DNA of 64,000 bases. It comes from Lytechinus pictus (lineage: Eukaryota). This document shows, piece by piece, positions 11,891 to 26,335 of this stretch. The stretch's first letter is position 1. Every line of letters starts with the position of its first letter. Where the stretch lies: NCBI RefSeq assembly GCF_037042905.1, contig NC_087245.1, forward strand, positions 14,200,001 through 14,264,000. Direction: 5' to 3'. A program made the position numbers and the translations under genes. The notes beneath the pieces are model-generated. The model was not told the DNA's origin, searched no databases, and was given only the letters and a program-made list of their open reading frames with translations.

Positions 11891-14271
11891 CCTGCATCAT
11901 CACCACTCAAATTCCCAGCTACATCCTGGTGGGGCCTGGTGCCCTTGTGCTGTATCACAGCCTGTCCTCACATATATTATACACGATCCCTATGAACTCA
12001 TGCCAGATCACAGAAAATCTCAATTAAATGTTTGAGGATGGAATCAGAGCATTGTCAGTCATTTTTATCAAGTAGATTTACACTGATAAACTTGCCAGCT
12101 ATGCCTACCTTGACAAAAAGTATCAGATTTTTCATCAAGGAGGCCAGTCAGGCTGTGGAACACTCCATTGCATCAGCCCAGATGTGCCCTTCATTTCAAT
12201 TCTCAGTCATAATGCCAGTGATCTTGATCATTATTATTATTTTTTTTTTTTGCAGTGGTGTCAAATTCTAGTTCATAATAAAAAATTTAAGAGGTATTTC
12301 TTGCTTTTCAGATGTTAAAAGTTTTCAAAATATCTCATCTCCAGATGAAGTTTAGAGATCGCATTTTGATCTTGTCTTCTGACCATTGCAAAAAAAAATT
12401 TAAAATCTGTTCCTGAATTGTACGACACATCTACAGTTATGGTCGACTGTTCCCAACTAGATTGGTCCTGGAAAGTGACTGCAAAAGTGATCTCTCAGTG
12501 TTTTCCAGTCAACCAGATGAAGTAGACCCTTTACAGTCCTCCAAATGCCACTAATATAATGAGATCTCAATATATAAGTTATCATTATTTATTAGAATTA
12601 ATCCATTATTTATTCATCTTTGTATGTCGTTAGGTTCTTAGGAATGCTATTATGCCACATCAGAAATCAGTTTTTACTTTGCACAAATTGACTTATTGAA
12701 GATTAAAAAAAAACTATGGCAAAGTTTGCACTTTGAACATATTACCATAGTTTCAATTCTTATGTTGGTCATAAATACTTAGTTTCAATAATAACTTGCG
12801 ATTTCTCAGTGCACTAGTGATGACCTAATGAAGAATCCCTATGAGAAACCCTAATCCTTTCACCTCATTAAATTTAAATGTAGGCTATCCAGATATATTG
12901 TAAAATGATAATAATAATAATAACAATTTTATATACTGCAAATTCGCAAATTGCCTCTAAGCGGTTAAGAGAAAGGAAATATGAAGTATGAAGGAAATAG
13001 AAATAGAAATACTTTGCACAACAAAATGGATCAAAACTAATATTACAATTTACAACTTTTTCTCACCAGATCATGAATAAAAAATACCATCAAATGGGCC
13101 AATAAAACAGGATGTTAGAAAACATACTGTAATCAGTTTATATTAATTATATACAGTGTATACATGTAATAAATCTGAGACTTTTTAAGTAATTTAGAAC
13201 TAGATCTGATAAATTCAATGCGTGGTTATAACAAAAATCATAATTTTGCTAACTTTTGCAGCTATATGGTTGAAGTTGAACTTTCTTCCACTAATTGTAT
13301 AACACCAATTCAGCTGTAAATGCCACCTATATTTCTTTTCTTTTATCTGAAGGATTTTAAACATTTAAATAAACCTTTGTTCTCATTTCTCTTCTCATTA
13401 CAATTAAAACTTGAAGTGGGTGAACACTGAGTTCTGCAATGCTTGTAGTATTTAAACAGGAACTATATGGTTGGAACCAGTATGTGATGGGTTGGGTTTT
13501 GTAAGATAGTGTCAAGGAAATTTTCTTGGCTGCTTATGGTTCTTCCATTCTTTTGTGCCATTTTATTTTACAAATGATAAAGGGGATAATGTAATGTTAT
13601 TTTGCCTTATTGTAAATTGATAGACTCATATATTTCATATTCAAGACACTTAGCAATGAAGAAAGTGGTCTTCTAATTTTCTAGGAATTACTTTCTTTGG
13701 AAAATTTCCTGAAGCTATTCTTTGTTTTTCCTTATTGTCTCTGATCCTATGTAGGCGAGTGATTGTGTCTTTTTGATAATCACCAAGTCGCGGAATCAGT
13801 TTCTGCGAATGCTTTTGAATATATTCTTGTAATACTACCTCTTCCATTTTATCAGAAGCATTGTACTTGCCGACTGTCCCCATTTATGACTTTTATAAGG
13901 GACTGCCCCTACTTAGGTGTAAAATGAAAGAACAAATTTTGCTCTGGATTTAAAACAAAAAAATAGTTAAAACTCATCTGACTGCATGGTTTTCGGACAG
14001 CACTCAGAAATGACCCTGATTGCAGTGAAACCAGCTCAACCCTTGTCCAGAATTGTATTAAATATGTATCCTCATAGGAATCTGTCCATAAAAGACCACC
14101 TTTTCACAAAGGCCCTTCTTGTCCCATGATATGCCACCATGTAGGTTTTTTTAAAATGTATATGCTATTCATGATTTTTATGTTGGCATGGTAAGTAGGG
14201 CTGTCTGGTCATAAGTGCACTTGGTGGGTTACGTGAACAAAGACACTTAATGCACTTCATAATACTACTTG

Positions 14272-15058
14272 GGCTGCGTTTATGCGACCTCAAGCCAGAA
14301 TCATGATTTGAATCATGATTTGAATCATGATTCAAAACACAAACATGAATCACAATATCACAGAATCAGCGTTTAGACGACCATCATTCCAATGCTGTTT
14401 CTCCTTAGATTCGGGCCAATCCAGTGCGCATCACTAGTGCGCAGTTTGACAGAGGAAGTTTTTCGCACGTGTTTTGGCTCTCGAAATACCCCCATTTTGT
14501 TTACTTCTATCATATAGGGTCCATATGCTTATATTCATCTTGTTAGTTTATCCAAAATGGTGTTCGGAAGTTAATTTCAGCGTAGATCCAATTTGATATT
14601 GGTATACTCAACAACAACTGAGATCATTTTCTGTCCAGTTAATTCATTTACTAGAACTTGAAGACATGACCAAAAAAAATGAAAAGTAGTGGATGATGCA
14701 ATGACCAACACAGAACTTGAACATGACAAGAAATGCATGCGTAGTACATGATCATGTACATACAATGAGCAAAAAGAGCGCCTTGAGCTTGGTAAGAGTC
14801 AAACCAAAAGTAGCCCGACACAACAGTGAGGTCATATAATCATGATTCAAATCACGATATCGTTTATTCGAACATTTTCGTACGTGATTCTGCAGAAACG
14901 TCTTTCCAAACGCCCCTTTTTTCGTGTTTCATGTTTGTGATTCTAATCATGATTATATTCAATTTCGACTAAACGCAATCGTGATTCTGCAGAATCATGA
15001 TTTGAATCATGATTCAGATCATGATTCTAGGGTAAAAAAGTGGCGGATAAACGCACCC
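14272..15058. mobile_element. PIF/Harbinger-like MITE with subterminal GAATCATGATT(C/T) palindrome arrays
   Basis: Termini GGCTGCGTTTAT and ATAAACGCACCC followed by TAA. GAATCATGATT occurs 3 times at the left end and 2-3 times at the right end. Confidence 0.75.
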
Positions 15059-15981
15059 TAATACAAGTGAGGATACATCATGCAGACATGCAGAAGATAA
15101 AGGTTTACCTAGATATATGAATATGGCTTTGGTAAATGAAAAAAAAATTGAGGGTAAAGAGATATTTTTAGAGTACTTTTAGATAATAGAATTGTTGTAA
15201 CAAATAGAGTAAGAACTTAGACATGTTATTTTGAGACTGCTTTATCATGTCCAGTCTCAATTGGAAACATAAATCTTACAATTGGATATGTATAACTTTG
15301 TGATACAGTTTATTATTACCAAAAGAATTAATATGTTTTACTTTTTTTCATTTTTTGTTGTTGTTGTGTTCTTGCCAGTTTTCTGGATATTGCATTCAAC
15401 ACCTAGTCAGTATTCTTTGGTGTCTGAACAGATAAAATTTGTCTGATCATTTTCCCGGTTGATTTGATTAACATTAAAGGGATAATGGAGGTTTATTTAG
15501 CTTCCAGGAAGTTGACTTTTCTATCAAACTCATGTTGCCATCTAAAGGAGATGGGTAGATTGCTTCTTGAAAATGAAAAGGTTAACTGCCATGGCTTTAA
15601 AGGTCATTAGGATGAAAGAAAAAATGTAAAGTTCATTTTCTTTACCTCATGTCCCATGCATATATACTGTAGGTAAATTACACAGAGAAAACACTGTGAA
15701 TTATGCAAACAGTTGTTAACTGAACAACCTGTTGCACAGTTTCAGTTGTAAAATCAAGAAGGGTTCTTCTTTTTTTTCAGACAACCTTTTAAACAATCAT
15801 ATGTAAAAATGTTTTAATACAATGTACAACTAGGGGAATGTAAACCTTTCCTTGGCTATACCATGTATTTATTGTCTTCTTTTTTTTGGGGGGGAGAGTC
15901 TTTGAATTATCACCTGTGATTTAAGTTAATAATGATAGTCTGAACTTGATGAGTCATTATAGTTTTTTATAAACCTCTCTT

Positions 15982-17070
15982 TAAGAATGTCGAATAATCC
16001 GTTCCTCTGATTGGTCAAAACTTAGGTCATGTAAACGACCATGCCCGCAAAACAACAAACTAAGGTGGTAATCAAGGGCAACGGGCATAGTTAACAAGAT
16101 TTCTGCCCGTTGCCCCCTGATCCGCCCCTTAACGATGGGGATAGCAAAATTTGGCTGAAATCCCCATTTGATTGCATGCAAAATGTTGCTTTCTGCGGTG
16201 ATTGCGGATACCATAAATATCCGCGCGATTTGATCGAGCGATTTGATTTGAACGGATATGACATATCGATGGAACGATGCCGATCTTTGACTTTTGCTTG
16301 TTAATTCTTGTTAAAATATACGGCATTGTTGAAAAGAAGACTAACTTATTAAGGACATAACGGATGTATCAATCATCAAGTCTTGTTGCAGTTGTTCGTT
16401 CAAATAAATGCTCGCATAAGGTGAGTCGGGTGAAAAGATAGGACGGTCACTGCACTTTCTAAAGTTAGATTTATTAGTAACCTTAGAGTCTAGACTACTC
16501 GTTAGGTATGACAAATGACAACGTTAGGTAATGTTGTCATGAGATCTAACGTTAGCTTAGGAGAATAAGAGTAGACTCACGATCTAAGTTAGGCTAGATC
16601 TAACTAGACCTAGGCCTAGTAATGTTCCGTTTAATCTTAGATCTGACGTAGCCAAGATCTAACGTTAGATCTAGACTCTAATGGAGATTTAAGACTGGTA
16701 ACGTATCTTAGAGTAGTTTAGACCCTAATTTGGTTCCTAAAAATATCTAGGCCCAGTATTGGTATGGACTGCTTTGATATTCGACTTCGAGACCTAACGT
16801 CAGGGGCAGGGCTAAGTTAGGGCCTAAGGTTAGCCTGGGGCCTAGAGCTTTCAGACCTAACTTGATTAAGATCTAGACTAGGCCCTATATCTAACGTTTA
16901 ATTCGGTTCTTAAAATATGCATGGACTGCTTTCATATTCGAGACAAGGTTGTTTCTTTCGGCTTGCGGGTACCGCATCGGCCAGACCATGCCCTCATGCA
17001 TAGTCGCGTTGCGGTCCCCTTGAGCCTCTAGAAACAACCATGCCTCTCAAAGCAGTCCATATATCTATAA
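15982..17070 (+). mobile_element. unclassified non-autonomous element lacking TIRs, with a 3' long imperfect palindrome (Crypton- or Helentron-like architecture)
   Basis: CpG-retaining block. Hairpin arms ATGGACTGCTTT..GGTTGTTTCT (16921-16957) and AGAAACAACC..AAAGCAGTCCAT (17030-17060). Superfamily is a guess. Confidence 0.5.
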
Positions 17071-20000
17071 TGTAACACTGCATAGGTTCAAATTTAATAT
17101 GATTTTTAACCACAACCACGATATCATATTTCACAAAGATTAAGGATGAACGGCATCACAGCAAACAAAACATTTAATCATTATATTACTTGACATGGAT
17201 CATGCATGTGATATTCATATTTTCCCTTACATTTGGCAACACAGTGAAGTATACACTGTAGATGACCTCAATCAGAATCTATTCAAGAAATGAATGGAAA
17301 TAAATAAACTGTTTTATAAAGCAAGTAAATTGAGAGAGAGTTTTTTTTAATTTTTTTGTGGGGGGGCTTTTACAATACTTGAATCCATTCTCAAATTGGA
17401 TAAAAAGGTGTACTATTTATTATGCATACCAATCGGTTTAATTTATATTTAAAGTGCCCAAATGGCCCCCCCCCCCCTCAAATAAAAATGGGATACAGAC
17501 TTTTTTCTTTCTTTATGGTTTTTAACCAATTTTCGGAATGGAATGGGACCAAAAAAAAATCTTTGTAAATATATGCTTTATACGAAACTAACCATCTAAA
17601 AGATATAAGACGAAATAGATTGTGTTGTTATCATATTCATAATAACATTACAGAGAGAGAATGAGTGAACAAAAGTAGTCAACACTATGATTCTCACAAA
17701 GATTCATTCAAGGAATAATGATATAACACATTAAATGTATAAAATGTGAATATCAGAGTGACAAATCAATATTATTCATATATTATTGCTTTAGATGGAC
17801 TGTAAGCTAAATGCAAATGATTGAAGTGGGTACTTGGTGTTCATCATGACCAGTCTTCTTATAGGTCAAGGGTTAACAGTAAGCAGTGATGACTTCAGAT
17901 GTGCAATCGTTGACACATCAGTAGTGGTTAGGAGCATCTGGAAAACCATCGAATAGCAATTATGCAATGCCATGAGTCATGATCACATAGTATTTACAAA
18001 GCTCAACAGGGACCAACTGACTTATGATTCTGGTAATATAGATTTGAATGAAATAGACTTGTCAGATGATGTAGCAAGAACAGGTATTTAACCTGTTGCA
18101 TACCTGAACCAGGTATTCCCTGAACAAAGTCAATGGGAATCAAGACAATTTGGTATTCATAGGGTTATTTTCATCCATACATTGCACCATTCAGGAAGCA
18201 GCATGGTCTGCTGGTTTTGACCTTCGTGGTGAGGGTCATGGGTTCAAAGCACAACAATAAAATGCATTTATATTGTGCTGCGCTCAACCAAAGTGTAGCG
18301 AATGTTTGCTCACAGTGTGGCAGAAAAATTAATTTCTTCAAATTCATCTGCTTACGATGACAGACAGGATAATGTCGGGGTATATTGACAATTAGTACCT
18401 TCAGCATACCGCACAATTGATTAAATATTTATGAAGGTTTTTTTTTGGAGGGGGGGGGGAGGATTTAGTTATACTATTTTGATATGTTCATGTTACAGAA
18501 TCTCTTTTGCAGTATGATAATCAGACATTGTTATATTTACAAACCTGTTTATATTGTCATTGATTCCTGATTTTTATTTGTAATTTGTAAAAATATGAAG
18601 GAAATAAACAAAGCCAGTTATAAATAGTGAATTCATAAATGGAAATAGATTAAACACACTTTTTTTTGGAAAATGAATATGTTCATATCTTCAGATGATT
18701 TCATATATAAATATAGTGGTAGAACTTCCAAATTTGAAGGGCAAAAAAAGAGAAATTCTAGAGAATACTAATTGGTTTGTCACCAGATAAAAAGCTGAAA
18801 TCGGAGAAAAGCAGATAATGTGGAAGACAAATGTATGTAACTTTTTATCAAAATCATACTCATTTTCGCTCACCGTGTGAATTTAGATGTAAGGTTATTT
18901 TGGGGCTGGTATTTGATCTCATCAAAACAGTTAGGGTTGTTCTTATTAAAACTTATAATAATTTTGGGAAATGTTGTGTACGCTTGTACCAGGTTTCACA
19001 TTTAAAGAAACTCATGATGTGGAACATCATTATTTTCATAGCAATTAGCATACTTCTGTACCAAAATGCAAAATAGTCCAATATTCAACAAGTTTCATTT
19101 TTATTTTGGTGGATTGTTTTTAGAATAAAGGCAATTATAAGATGATACTTCCTGAATCGTAATTTGTTCAGATTAGATATGAAACATGTTTAAAAGTAAA
19201 GTGTATTAGACTATCTTTCTCATCACTTACTAAATCTGTCGTTTTTCTTCAATAATGTCATTTTTTGGTGCCACATTGGTGTATTTTGATTCCACCTCTT
19301 GGTATGTACAATGCCTTGTACCACTGCTGAATGCATTGACATTTTGAGTATTACATCGGACTGTTTTGTGTAAGGTTAGAAGAGCTCTTTGCAAGATGAA
19401 AATATACAAATTTATTCCACCTTAGCTATCCTTTAGCTTTAGATTTGTGCAGACAGACATGCATGCTTGCCTGTTATTATTGAGTGTATGATGCCTTGCC
19501 CTGTGCAAGGTAAGTAATCATGTGTGTGTTATTTGTGTGTGAGTAAGTGTGTATGGGACTGTGTAGTGGAGATGGCCATGTGTGTATGGTGGGAATATTG
19601 ATGCAGGGAATCTTAGGCAGTGTGCGGGATGAGAAGACAGGCAAAATAATTCTCTCTGCTTGTTGGATACCCAGAGATGAGAAACTGGTGACATTATGCA
19701 CTGGTACACTTTCTCCTGCGTGTACACAATGCCATGCTTGCACTGCATCAGTGTATGCTGCCATTATTATTGTTGGCGCAATGCATTGCAGCAGTGCTGG
19801 TGCTATACATGCAGCGCATAAATTAAGCTTGTTTTGATTATAAGGGCTTGCGCTTTATTCCCAGGTATTGAAAAGCTAGTGGGTGGGAAAGCCCACTGTT
19901 TATTTGTTTGTGTATTTCACAAGCTTATGATTTCTATTGTGAATATTGCTTATTCTCTCTTTTGGTCTCCTTTCCTGTCTCTCTTTCTCTTTCTTCTGTC

Positions 20001-21809
20001 ATGCAATGTTGGATATGTTTTTTTTTTGTAGCAATGGGATGGTAGTTTTGCTTATTTGCAAATGATCTATACATAAACTAATTAAACAGTGTTATAAGTG
20101 AACTCGCTTATAATTCTATTTTATTAGCAATACTTAAGTGAAGGTGCAATAGTTTAAAAGGGCAATGCCAAGAATTATAGAAATGTAGAAAATTGGTGGC
20201 AAAAAATGGAGACAGTAAGTAAGTAAGAGACAGTATAATTTAAAGCTAAAGAACAAGAGTGTATGCATTTATTAAAATTTATTTCATCCATAACCAAATG
20301 GAATTACAACATCATTAGAATGAACCATTGAGTTAAAAGTGAGATATGTAAACTTGTATTTTATTTTATGTCATGGAAAGGGGAGGGGAAATGCACTTTA
20401 CCTCTCAATGTTGAAAAAAAAAATCTTGAGCTTTTGATTTTTATTAGCTAATTTATTATGGGGAGAAACAAAAGTAGAAAATGGTGAGGAGTGGAAGAAG
20501 ATGAAAAAATACCAAGACCTCTAATTCATGGTATAATTTTAAAATCAATCAGATCATTTAAGGATCAATATCAGTGTTTTGACCTAAGCCAATAACCCCT
20601 TATCCATCTGTATCAAGACTTGTTTTCCTCTTGAATACATACCCAAAATAAACTATTGAAAATTAATTAGGCCTGAATTGGCATGATCCCTCAAAGCACA
20701 TTTAACAGTTACTTATACATGCTTCATGAAAGAAAACCTTAGTTGTGGTTAAACAGTCCCACTGTTCCAACCCCAAATAACCTCATCCAAAAATCAATTT
20801 TACTCCCCCATTCAGTAAACCCACTACCCTTTAATCCTAAGTATTCTTAAATGCTCAATTATACCAACAGTTCGAATTCCTTTTCATTGTTCCAGAGTCC
20901 TTTAGTCTCTTTACTTTAATTCGATTTTAATCCATTTAATCCATAGAGTAATGCCATTTGATTTGTAAGAGAACTGTAGACTGCTACAAGGAGTTCTTAG
21001 AAGGTTGTATTTAGCAAAAGGCAGTAGTAAAGGGTAATAGTAAAGTGCAATAGTAGGGGTATGTATATCAAAAGTTATTTAACATAAAAATAAATGCTGT
21101 AGTTTCAGAACTGGCATTATCAGGTTCTATATCTGAGACCTCAATGTGCTTAAAGAAAGGTTGAATTTGATTATTTCCTTTGATATCTAAGCATAGTAAT
21201 ATTGAAACTTTTGTTGGTTTCCATTTGGAAATAATTTTTCATATCTTGTTTTACCATAGAGCTACATGCAATGTTAAGCACTTTAATTTAGCCACCTTAG
21301 GAAAAGTCTTTTTGCAGGAATCCCACTCTGTATCTGTACCATATTAATCCTCCCATTTGAGCACCATGAGCATTTTTGGACACTGCACCAGACAGATCTA
21401 CACGATTATTACAGACATGCCAACCTTTCCCTTTTTAGAGTATTTGTTCCTCTTTTTTGCTATGAATACGCCAATATTTATTGTATGATTTGTTACTTTT
21501 TTTACATTTTTGATCATGGAGTATATATACACAGCGCGCGACACCAGCGCAGGTCCGACAGTCCCAGACCGGTAAATATCGCTGTCAGGCCAGTAACTTG
21601 TTGCATGAAAAGAACAAGTAAATTCTTGCCTATGAGCACATGTTTGAAATGGTGAATTATCAAGTAGAGACATTTCACATACAACAGGCTGGCGATTGTT
21701 ACGTTAAGACAAATTTTTAAAATTACTCTTTTTTGGGGTCAAAAAATCTTTTTTTCCTTCTAAGAATACTTTTTTCTTGTAGAAGGTTGGCAGGTCTAAT
21801 ATTATCAAT

Positions 21810-21935
21810 TGTCAAGGCATTTATCTGCATTTGCCTCTATCCACCCAGGTAGAGTAAATGGTTACCCAGACAGAATAAATTTCTCAAATGCTTAAGCTCC
21901 TAGGCAGCCCAGCTAAAGCTGTGGATAAAATAACA
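21810..21935 (+). mobile_element. SINE central-domain fragment
   Basis: CCACCCAGGTAGAGTAAATGGTTACC resembles the core of the 40774-41056 SINE. Confidence 0.55.
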
Positions 21936-22844
21936 TGATCATTTTAAGCAGGGCCTGCTTGATGAACCTAGGTAAAAAGAAAAAAAATCACTTGGTAAAA
22001 TATGCTATAAAAATATTATCATCATTATTATTAATAGTATCATTAAACTTAATAATGGGGGATGCAGGCAAGCCACTAAAAGATCCTCTGCAGGACTCCT
22101 GTTGTGAATGTTGAGGTGCAATACTGATCATCTTTAAAATAATTGAACCATGTTTTGTAAAATATGAATTATGCATGTTTTACGAAAATCGGGTGTGTAC
22201 CCATTACCAATAGTTCATGAACAAATGTATTCATGCAGATGAGAACAGCCATGAAAGGAGAGTAAACATATGGATGTACCCATTTGACACTCACTCAACC
22301 ATCATAGAGCATTTTTGTGCTCCCTTTAATAGAAATGGAAGTGCATTAACCTTTCCACTCAATGGTCAAAAGGCCAAAGAGATTTTTTTTGTTAATCTTT
22401 AGATAAGAATGAAGGGTTGTGTGGATGGACAACAGCAATTTTTGATCTTGCTATAATTTATCTGTTAGATTTCATGAGGTTCTTGTCTTCAAAACTCTGG
22501 AAATACTAGAGACTGCATCATCTTAGAAAGATCTGGGCAGGATACAGTTTGTTCCCTTTTAGAAGTTTGAAAATGATTAAGATCGCAGTTCGCGAGATTA
22601 GAAGTAACGATGGATGGAAAGGAATTTGAAGAAAATGTTGTCGTCTTCGAGCAAATATTTCCAAAGATTTTGTGTCTGAGATGAGAGTGTTTTCACCTGG
22701 AGGATATTTTTATGAAAAATTACATTAGATTTTCAAGAATATATTGGAAAACTGTGATGGACTTAGATTAAGACTTTTGGAGCAGTATCAGACAGCTGTC
22801 TTGCTTATGTTCTAAAACTTTTATCGAGACTGAAAATTGTTGAG

Positions 22845-22920
22845 ATGATAAAATTAAAGAAACGTTCTTTGTCGCTACCCTCCAATTTCAAATTTTGGAG
22901 GACTGGAGGCATTGAGTCAG
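22845..22920 (+). CDS. trio: candidate alternative first coding exon B: MIKLKKRSLSLPSNFKFWRTGGIES (phase 1)
   Basis: gagATG with upstream in-frame TAG at 22764, strong donor CAG|gtaaga, in frame with exon 30060. Confidence 0.62.
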
Positions 22921-25819
22921 GTAAGATGAAAGATCTATGTGGTTTCTCTATTTGCTTGAGGATGTAGTGTAACAACTATTTCCTTAGAGATGACTTGAAA
23001 AGCCATCTCTTTTCCTGGAGGTCTAAACGTTGGCCTGTTTCGAAATCTAGGTAAACTGTTAGCTGAACAATGGGTGTACTTTGATAATAGACAGCTTTTT
23101 GAATAGGTGTTTATTGCTCTGTTTCTTTTTCACTTTACCATCAAAAGCACTCACCACGGGCCATTTCTGCCCTCTTCTATTTTTTTATGTTCCTTTATCA
23201 GTTTATTTATCTCTCTCTCTCTTCTCTTTGCTTCTCTTTGCTCCCTTGTTCTCTATTCTCCTTGTTTTCTCTTCTCTTCCTTGTTTACCCTCTTCCCCTC
23301 TGTGCTATTCTCTTTCCCATTTTATTTTTTGTCATTCCTTCTCTTCCCTTCCTTTCACATTTGTTTCTCTCTCTCTCTCTTTTCTTCATCTCTTCTCTCT
23401 TTTTTGTCTTTTTATGCAAAATAATCTGATTTGAAAAGAGAATACATTGCTGGTAACACAGAATGAGTTGCAGACAAAATTGAAATTACGGGAAACTGAA
23501 AAATCAATCTCAACTTAGTTTATTGAATCAATTGTTATAACTTGCAATAGATTGTTAAAAAGTTGCTTTTTATTTCAAGTATCCCTGCAACGAGCCCCTT
23601 GTCTTGTTCTTCTATGAGAAACCAATCTTATCCTGCAGTTTGTGACTTTCTTGGTCTGACTCCCAAGTCTTAAATTCATCTTCCCTTTTCTCCAGCAATA
23701 TACCATATACATTATGTATACAATGCCCTGTGATTCTCTTGTCGTTTGCATGTTTCTTTTTGATACGAAAGATAAGTGTGTTAGTACTTGATAATTGGTA
23801 ATCCTGTTTGCAAACATTTATTTTGTGATGAACAGAAAAAATCTTTTAAAAGTTAAGCTTTGGCAACGTACAGAACATGTAAAATTGGGTTAAGTTGTTG
23901 TAAATACATTTGAGCATCCTGCTTCAGGTTCACATAATATATTACTGTTTTGAGACTGAATCGTGTATTGCAATGAAAAGATACAAGTATCCTAGTACAA
24001 CAATATACCAATTTTCTATAATGGACAATAAAACCAAAATTGTATTTATTTCAATTTTTTTTTATGTAAGACCAAATATTGTAGTAAATTGATTCACAAA
24101 TTTTAATCTTGTGAATGTTTTTTATCTCAATATTTTTATATACATCAGATTTTGCTCTGAACACTACATTATCTGTTAATTACATCAACCTCTTATGAAA
24201 TTTTAATTTATGTACTCAAGACGTGCAGATAGCATCATACAGTGTTGACAACAGTCTGTGGAAATGCGTTTTTGAATATTAAGTCTGAAATTTGATGCAG
24301 ATTGGCGACAGCAACTTGCTATGAGTTAAAGACGTAACATTTTATTGGCGGACAAGGTTTATAATGTAAGTAGGATAAGTCTTTAGCCTGTATTCTGGAG
24401 TCACATTTTATTTTTTAATAAGTCTGTGTTTTAAACATGGATAGCTAGATATGATGCACATGCGTACCTACCTATAGATATGCTAGCATATGTGGCATTC
24501 AAACTAATAAATATCTGTCTAGAAATGATAATTAAATTATTTTTTTTTCTAATTAGAAAAAAATAGTAAACATTAGGTTATGCATGATTTTACTACAACA
24601 TAGCCGTGGCAGAAGTTGAGCTAGAGTTCAGAATATGTTGCCTTTCTACTTAAAACTGCATTTAGAACTCTTAAAAGTCATTTGCATGAGACTTCACAAG
24701 GAGAATGGTCTTTTCTAGCTTACATAATAAGTGTTTGATTTATTTGTTGACCTGTCCCAAATCAGAAGAATGCCAGGAATGTGCAAAGCCCAATGAAAAT
24801 TGCACAGCCCTCCCCACAATTGATGTTTGGTGGCATTGCGGGACTGACAATACCCAGTGAATCCTTCCAACTTTACTGACTCTGTCATGAGTATTGTGAT
24901 CTGCACGTATCATATATATTTACTCCTGGAGACTTTTTTTCTGATCTTACCTTCAAATCTTACATTTACCCTTCTGATAATTCTTTCAGCATGTTTGAAG
25001 AAGGTTGCTAATTAAATCCATTTTTTATGTAATTTTCCTGTTGGTTGGTCTGGATTTGTTGTAAAATCAACTATTTCCTGGTCAGGAAATATAAAGTGGT
25101 TTTGATTTCATCAGCTGATTACATTTTGTTGGACTTCTGAGGAGTTTTTACTGGAATAAATACTCGGGACTACGTGTATACCTGTATTTTTACATATATT
25201 TCTGCTTGTAGAAGCAAGACCATTTCAGTAAGTGTAAAGGAAATATGCAATATTGTCATGTAGGACCTAATCTTTTCTTTACTGACTTAAGTTAACAACG
25301 TTATAGACCTATACCCTCCAAATGGTGTCAGATGCATTATATTGTGAAATTGTGTGACTAATATATAGGCTAGGCCTTCAAGTCTGTCTGCATGTTGGAT
25401 TAATGTAAGACATGAAATCATTGTCATTTCATTCATGAAAATGTAATTTCTGGGGACTGAAAGACACTTCCTTAGTTACAAATTTATATACTTAGTTACT
25501 AGGGTACAAAGTTAGTTAAATGGGGGGGGGTGAAAGAAACTTAGCTACTAAGTTATGAAGTTAAATAATTTTCTTTCCCCCATAGAATTCAGTAATAAAG
25601 AAGGTCTTACACAAGCGCAGCTGCATAAAATCATGCCTGTTATTATTATTTAAAGTAAGATAGGAATAGTAAATAACAAATGAATTAATGAAAGGAAAAT
25701 CTTGTTTGTTATCTGATATATCTGTACCTTCCCTCTACAAATGAAATCTATAGATTAAACCATAGGCCACTTGAACTAGTGGCTTCTTCTAAGACAAAGC
25801 CCAAGGAATTTTAGAATTT

Positions 25820-26335
25820 ATTGTACAACGCCTACTTAGCTTGTTGTACGCGAGCAAAAGGCTGAATGTCTAACATTCATACTATTGCACACATACCGTC
25901 CAAATTGTACCATCCATAATGTACCGTTGCACGGTCAGGAACAAGATGACGTCACTATAAAAATTAGGATTGAATGCATTGTGCTTAGTATTATTAATGC
26001 ATTGGGCTTAATGGTTAAATGCAAATTGCTGCTGCAGATCAGATGGCCGTAAGAGTGATTTTTTTTTTTCGCTTTCAGTAATTCTTATTTTCATAGATTA
26101 TGAAAAATTAAGGGAAAATTGATTATTGTTCATATTTTCGCTAACTTGCAAGGCATTGTACAAGACATATAATAAATTATATTCTTATTTGTGCAATGGC
26201 GTGACATTTCGCATTCGGTGAAAGAAAGAGACACTCTATTCAACTCGGCTGAGCCTTGTTGAATAGAGCATCTTTCTTTCACCTTATGCGAAGTCTTGCA
26301 CCATCGCACTCATGCCTATTCTCTATTTGTATATA
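25820..26335 (+). mobile_element. interspersed repeat with ~120-bp 3' palindrome, copy 1
   Basis: Shares its start ATTGTACAAC.CCTACTTAGCTTGTTGTA and its end CACCATCGCACTCATGCCTATTC with 57158-57629. Hairpin GGTGAAAGAAAGA..CTCTATTCAAC / GTTGAATAGAG..TCTTTCTTTCACC. Confidence 0.8.
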
